Source: a virus
Lineage: Duplodnaviria > Caudoviricetes
Virus record (IMG/VR): IMGVR_UViG_3300032373_000079
Coordinates: 1 to 30,986 of that record
Reading direction: 5' to 3' (one strand)
DNA length: 30,986 nucleotides
The translations under genes and the position numbers were made by a program. Position 1 is the first letter of the stretch; every line of letters starts with the position of its first letter. Below the pieces are notes generated by a model that saw only the letters and a list, made by a program, of their open reading frames with translations, did not search any database and was not told where the DNA came from. This document shows positions 27,424 to 30,986 of the stretch, piece after piece.

Positions 27424-27633
27424 TCATGGTTGGGATTTGCCAATTTTCATTTTTTGTATCCAAGCCCGCCCTTGCACACGCATCATATTAAGACGCATTT
27501 TGCAAAAACGATCCACTGGGATATCCCCACCGCATGGGGTTGAACACACCATTGAACAAATCACGTTGGCGTGAGAATTTGCCCTAATTATGGTTTTTTT
27601 TGCGTGTATTTCAGAAAAAATTACGTCTTTCAT
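27424..27633 (-). CDS. Doubtful small ORF
   Basis: AGGGGG RBS-like run before the ATG, but odd Cys/Met-rich composition, and that run is also part of a sigma54 motif on the other strand. Confidence 0.3.
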   Translation of the reverse strand: MKDVIFSEIHAKKTIIRANSHANVICSMVCSTPCGGDIPVDRFCKMRLNMMRVQGRAWIQKMKIGKSQP

Positions 27634-27650
27634 TTGGCCCCCTGCTTGCA
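27634..27650 (+). promoter_or_regulatory. Sigma54 (-24/-12) promoter motif
   Basis: TTGGCCCCCTGCTTGCA with GG at 27636-27637 and GC at 27648-27649 separated by exactly 10 nt; matches TGGCAC-N5-TTGCW at all but one position. Confidence 0.55.
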
Positions 27651-27660
27651 TATGAATCAA

Positions 27661-27808
27661 GTGACCCGCCGGGTAGGCGGGGTTTGGATAGGCGGAACCT
27701 GATGTGGTATCGCACCTGAACTATCCAGTCCGAGGGCCAGCTCGGAGGTTGTTTCAGCAACCGCCCCGTCCAACCCCGATTCTTGGGTTGAATTTGTTGG
27801 GGCCTTTC
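27661..27808 (+). ncRNA. Candidate structured non-coding RNA
   Basis: Four-way junction (27676-27770) plus 5' and 3' hairpins; G-U pairs favour the plus strand; begins where the sigma54 motif predicts +1. Confidence 0.55.
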
Positions 27809-27903
27809 TCAACTAAAACACCTTACACAACCTTATTTTCAACAACAATACGTAATTACGACCATGTGGCAGGGCGGTGGTTGACCTGTGTTTAAAATAA
27901 AAA

Positions 27904-27954
27904 CACCATATTGGTGATTTTATACTTTACACAGTTTCACCGTTATGGTGGAAT
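27904..27954 (+). promoter_or_regulatory. OL region: two CACC-N5-GGTG operators and PL
   Basis: CACCATATTGGTG 27904-27916, CACCGTTATGGTG 27938-27950; TTTACA (27926-27931), 17 bp, TGGAAT. Confidence 0.78.
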
Positions 27955-27989
27955 GTGACATCAACACATTCACACAGGGGTTCACCACC

Positions 27990-28280
27990 ATGACCAACCA
28001 CGCTGCATATGCCGGGATCATTAGCACACCACGTCGGATGTTCGTGCGCTGTGGCGCATCGGCCCAGGTGTTGCGCTTTCCCGCACCCCAGCCCCACCCG
28101 CAAGGCTTTGAATTGATCGCCGACTTCGGTCACCCGAACGGCCCGGGGTGGCAATGGGTGGTGGCGTTGCTGATTTTGACGCAAGCCGCGTTGATGTTCG
28201 CCACCAACCCACCCGACATGATGCGCCCGTTGCGCGTGCGCCCCACCGCGTCACGCACCGCGCGCACCCGCAAGGACTAA
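27990..28280 (+). CDS. Hypothetical protein with one hydrophobic segment, first gene of the PL operon
   Basis: AGGGG RBS; WQWVVALLILTQAALMFA. Confidence 0.55.
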   Translation: MTNHAAYAGIISTPRRMFVRCGASAQVLRFPAPQPHPQGFELIADFGHPNGPGWQWVVALLILTQAALMFATNPPDMMRPLRVRPTASRTARTRKD

Positions 28281-28286
28281 TTTTTA

Positions 28287-28445
28287 GGGGTGCAGAGTAA
28301 GCCCGGCGCGCGGCGGCGTCAGGCGCAACCTCCCGAGGTCGTAAGGCCTCACAAAAGCAAGATAGGCGACCTCGATGGGCACCCCCGCCACTCTCCCCGG
28401 CGTGAAGACCTGTAAGGCCGCCATCCGCCGCCCCGCAAGGGACCA
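28287..28445 (+). pseudogene. Degenerate initiator-tRNA (fMet)-like sequences, two in tandem
   Basis: Collinear blocks GGGGTG, GCCCGG, CGTCAGGC, AACCT, AGGTCGTA-GG, CCCCCGC, then ACCTG-AAGGCCGC, ATCC, CCCCGCAA, ACCA, matching alphaproteobacterial tRNA-fMet as recalled; anticodon and T-loop are lost. Confidence 0.45.
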
Positions 28446-28466
28446 ACAGCGAAAGGAAAACCAGCC

Positions 28467-28754
28467 ATGCCCACAGCCGATGACCTATTCACCGATTATT
28501 CTGCCGCGTTCCGCGCATGGGGCGTGAACCCGTTGGACAAGGGCATGGCAAAAATCGCCTTGGTCAAGTACCTCAAATGGCTGGACGCGTTTCTGGCCGA
28601 CGACCAACCTGGGCGCGCCGCCATCTTTACCAAAAATGCCACCGCGCGCGCCAACGGTTTTGACCTCAGCCAAGCCGATCTACTGCGGGCCTATCGCCAA
28701 GCCTTTGGCGACGACGCTCAGCGCATCACAAACACCCAAGGTGTGGCGGCATGA
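28467..28754 (+). CDS. Hypothetical protein
   Basis: 95 aa, AAAGGA RBS, ATGA-coupled downstream. Confidence 0.7.
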   Translation: MPTADDLFTDYSAAFRAWGVNPLDKGMAKIALVKYLKWLDAFLADDQPGRAAIFTKNATARANGFDLSQADLLRAYRQAFGDDAQRITNTQGVAA

Positions 28755-29422
28755 GTATTTCCATCACCTGCAACGATACCACCGTCACCACCCCATCCGG
28801 CGGATGGCTGGATTTAATAGATCCCGACCCAGCCCAAATTCACATTGCCGACATTGCCCATCACCACGCGGGCACGAAGCGTTTCAACGCCTGCCTGGAC
28901 GTGACCATCGCCGAACACGTTTCGGCGGGGGTGTTCGTGTTGCGCGCGAAGTTCGGCCCGCTGTGTGCCACCATGCCATGGCTGGAACTGGCATGGGTGC
29001 TGCACGAAGGTCACGAGCCCTACACCGGCGATATCGTATCGCCCATGGCCAAGGCCGTTTTCCGCGTCACCCGCGGCATCGACGGGATAGAAATTGTCAA
29101 AATGAACGTGCAACAAGCGGTGCACGAACGGTTCGGCCTGCCCTGGCCACTGCCCGCCGACGCCCAGGCCGCCATCACATACGTCGATCGCGTCATGCGC
29201 GCCACCGAGGTCAGAGATTGCCGCAGCGGCGAGACGTGGTCGGATTTGCCCGAACCGTGGTTTGAACCGTTGATCAAGCCGATGGACGAAAAAGACGCCG
29301 GCACAGCTTTTCTTGATGCCTTTATCGACGCCGCCGCCAAAGCGGGACCAATCGCGTGGGACGTGGTTGCCCTAAACACCCACGCCGAAATCCGCGCGGC
29401 GCGGCTATCGGGGGCGTCATGA
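28751..29422 (+). CDS. HD-superfamily phosphohydrolase (YfbR/YfdR-like), HE variant
   Basis: IADIAH...RFN...TIAEH...LHEGHEPYTGDI...YVDRVMRATE.RD. Confidence 0.82.
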   Translation: MSISITCNDTTVTTPSGGWLDLIDPDPAQIHIADIAHHHAGTKRFNACLDVTIAEHVSAGVFVLRAKFGPLCATMPWLELAWVLHEGHEPYTGDIVSPMAKAVFRVTRGIDGIEIVKMNVQQAVHERFGLPWPLPADAQAAITYVDRVMRATEVRDCRSGETWSDLPEPWFEPLIKPMDEKDAGTAFLDAFIDAAAKAGPIAWDVVALNTHAEIRAARLSGAS

Positions 29423-30033
29423 ACCACCTTAGCCCCACCGAATTGATGGACATGGTGATTGAAGCCACAGCCGCCATCACCGGCTTACCCACCGCCGATT
29501 TTGTCACATCAAAATGCCGCGCGCGCCAGATGGCATTCGCCCGATTTGCCGGATGGCAGGTCATTCGCACCCTGGTTCCCGATGCGTCATTAGCCGCCAT
29601 TGGCGAACACTACGCCGGACGCGACCATTCGACCGTTCTCAACGGGGTGCTTCGGGCAGAATATTTGATGAAAACCAACGCGGCCTTTCGCGAACAGGTC
29701 AGTACCATCACCGTCACCACAAAAGTTTTAGCGTTGGCGAAGCCCCCCACCGCCACCGTGACGTCAACCGAACACATCCCCTGCCCCTGGTGCCACGCGC
29801 AACTGGAAAGCGATGAAGTGTCTTGCGACACCATCGCTGCACCTGCGGGTCAAGACGAAGCCGCTGTCACCTGCCCGCACTGTCACCGCGCGTTTGAAAT
29901 TCACAGCGCCACCGACACCTATCTGTGTGACGGCGATGCTTACACCATCGGCGTATTCACCAAAGCCGACCGGGCCTATATCAAAGCCCGCTTCGGGCTG
30001 ACCGCCCTCAAAGCGGCAGGGTTGGCAGCATGA
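29419..30033 (+). CDS. DnaA domain IV-like HTH fused to a zinc ribbon
   Basis: SLAAIGEHYAGRDHSTVLNG matches the DnaA C-terminal signature; CPWC...CPHC. Confidence 0.82.
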   Translation: MNHLSPTELMDMVIEATAAITGLPTADFVTSKCRARQMAFARFAGWQVIRTLVPDASLAAIGEHYAGRDHSTVLNGVLRAEYLMKTNAAFREQVSTITVTTKVLALAKPPTATVTSTEHIPCPWCHAQLESDEVSCDTIAAPAGQDEAAVTCPHCHRAFEIHSATDTYLCDGDAYTIGVFTKADRAYIKARFGLTALKAAGLAA

Positions 30034-30126
30034 ACGTAACGCACTTAAGCACCCCAATTCAAACCGCCCCTCGTGGGCCGTTTAACGCGCCGTTTTCCAT
30101 GGGGGGCCTCAACGTAGGAGGCGACC

Positions 30127-30714
30127 ATGAAACTCGGATATGCACGGGTATCGACCGAAGACCAACGCATGGATCTACAGCGCGACGCGCTGTGCCAGGC
30201 CGGAATTGCCAACGACAACGTCTATCAGGAACAAGTCTCGGGCGTGAAAACCGTTCGCCCGGAATTGGAACACTGCCTGAAAGCCTTGCGACCGGGCGAC
30301 ACGCTGGTGGTGTGGAAGCTGGACCGCTTGGGCCGTTCGGTCAAAGAACTGATCCGCATCACAGATTGGCTGCGCGAACACGACGTGGAATTTGTCAGCA
30401 TCAAGGACAACATCGACACCACCACGGCGGTGGGCAAAATGGTGTTTCACATGCTGGCGGCGTTTGCGCAGTTCGAACGCGACCTGATTTCGGAACGCAC
30501 CAAAGCGGGCTTGGCGGCAGCCAGGTTGCGCGGCCATCGCGGCGGACGCAAACCCAAAATCACCCCGCAAAAGTTGAAGGCAATCGAGGCGTTCCTAGCG
30601 GATCAAACCTGCACCATGACGGATGCATCCAAGGAATTCGCCATCAGCCGCGCCGCCATCTATCGCGCCCGCCAACGCGCCAAACAAAACGCCGCCGGGA
30701 CCGTCGCGGAATAA
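30127..30714 (+). CDS. Small serine recombinase (Hin/Pin invertase-resolvase family)
   Basis: GYARVST catalytic Ser, VWKLDRLGRS, FERDLISERT.AGL.AAR.RG..GGR, C-terminal HTH; AGGAGG RBS. Confidence 0.95.
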   Translation: MKLGYARVSTEDQRMDLQRDALCQAGIANDNVYQEQVSGVKTVRPELEHCLKALRPGDTLVVWKLDRLGRSVKELIRITDWLREHDVEFVSIKDNIDTTTAVGKMVFHMLAAFAQFERDLISERTKAGLAAARLRGHRGGRKPKITPQKLKAIEAFLADQTCTMTDASKEFAISRAAIYRARQRAKQNAAGTVAE

Positions 30715-30720
30715 TCACAC

Positions 30721-30744
30721 CGGGGCAGGCAACCCCCTGCCCCG
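30721..30744 (+). terminator. GC-rich hairpin after the recombinase gene (weak or no U-tract)
   Basis: Perfect 9-bp stem CGGGGCAGG/CCTGCCCCG. Confidence 0.45.
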
Positions 30745-30778
30745 TCACCGTGCCTTTGACCAAAAGGAACCCAGCCCG

Positions 30779-30883
30779 ATGAAAAAAACAATCGCGCGAT
30801 GGTGGTCCAACTTCGCCGCAGCCTTAGAAATTTTGCGCGCCGGAATGTGGGATGAAACCTCGGATAAACGGGAGGCAGAATAA
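30779..30883 (+). CDS. Small hypothetical protein (34 aa)
   Basis: AAAGGA RBS; MKKTIARWWSNFAAALEILRAGMWDETSDKREAE; TAATG-coupled downstream. Confidence 0.55.
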   Translation: MKKTIARWWSNFAAALEILRAGMWDETSDKREAE

Positions 30884-30986
30884 TGGATTTAGAACCCATC
30901 AAAATTGAACATGATATTCCCGACGAATGGGGCGCTCCGACCCGTAGCGGTAACACGGCTATTTGGGAGAAATACAAAGGGCGTGA
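30883..30986 (+). CDS. Hypothetical protein, truncated by the window edge
   Basis: GGAGG RBS; MDLEPIKIEHDIPDEWG... open to the end of the window. Confidence 0.6.
   Translation, partial: MDLEPIKIEHDIPDEWGAPTRSGNTAIWEKYKGR

Larger units (their letters stand above)
1..30986. mobile_element. Lambdoid temperate siphophage/prophage (partial, both ends outside the window), probable alphaproteobacterial host
   Basis: Contiguous head-tail operon, terminase, cos, replication module and cI/cro switch in lambdoid order; GapR homologue points to Alphaproteobacteria; no host housekeeping genes. Confidence 0.95.

Noticed and set aside
27542-27557. GAAC-N8-GAAC as a possible LexA box
   Set aside because: The alphaproteobacterial box needs N7 spacing.
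27699-27727. CTGATG...GAA as a hammerhead ribozyme core
   Set aside because: Lacks CUGANGA and GAAA in the required stem context.
27676-27773. Cloverleaf as a true tRNA gene
   Set aside because: 6-nt anticodon-position loop, no TTCRA 7-nt T-loop, oversized D-arm and no discriminator plus CCA.
26210-27950. Operator core CACCA-N3-TGGTG resembles the NtrC site TGCACCA-N3-TGGTGCA, tempting given the nearby sigma54 motif
   Set aside because: The flanking TG/CA bases are mostly absent, and the positions at PR and PL are fully explained as phage repressor operators.
25260-28409. Shared 9-mer CGTGAAGAC (25260-25268 and 28401-28409) suggesting PL/PR RNA-RNA pairing
   Set aside because: A single 9-nt match between two regions of this size is plausible by chance; no second pairing block.
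28751-29422. DatZ-type Z-genome (2-aminoadenine) system
   Set aside because: No purZ or phage DNA polymerase in the window; HD hydrolases of this type are common in ordinary prophages.

Overview
The whole window is one lambdoid temperate siphophage or prophage, most likely of an alphaproteobacterial host (it carries a GapR homologue). Minus strand, about 1-18640: the late morphogenesis operon, with a partial receptor-binding protein, tail fibre, tail tip, tape measure, frameshifted chaperone, tail tube, Mu gpT-like capsid, ClpP-type protease, lambda-type portal, gpW, terminase and a cosQ-bearing cos region. Minus strand, 18765-26197: the early/replication operon, with a putative late regulator, an iteron origin, a P4/D5 helicase, a DNA methyltransferase, DUF5131, a CII-like gene, gapR and cro. 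A cI/cro switch follows, with five CACC-N5-GGTG operators, then an AT-richer cargo island (26772-27900) and a plus-strand early operon (HD hydrolase, DnaA-domain-IV protein, serine recombinase). No integrase, att site or lysis gene is visible. The most unusual signals are: (1) a sigma54-type promoter in front of a two-state, cloverleaf-folding non-coding RNA in the cargo island; (2) 'bridge' ORFs that start in one gene's stop codon, run through another gene in a different frame or strand, and end on the next gene's start; (3) two decayed initiator-tRNA-like sequences. All family assignments come from motif recognition, not database searches.
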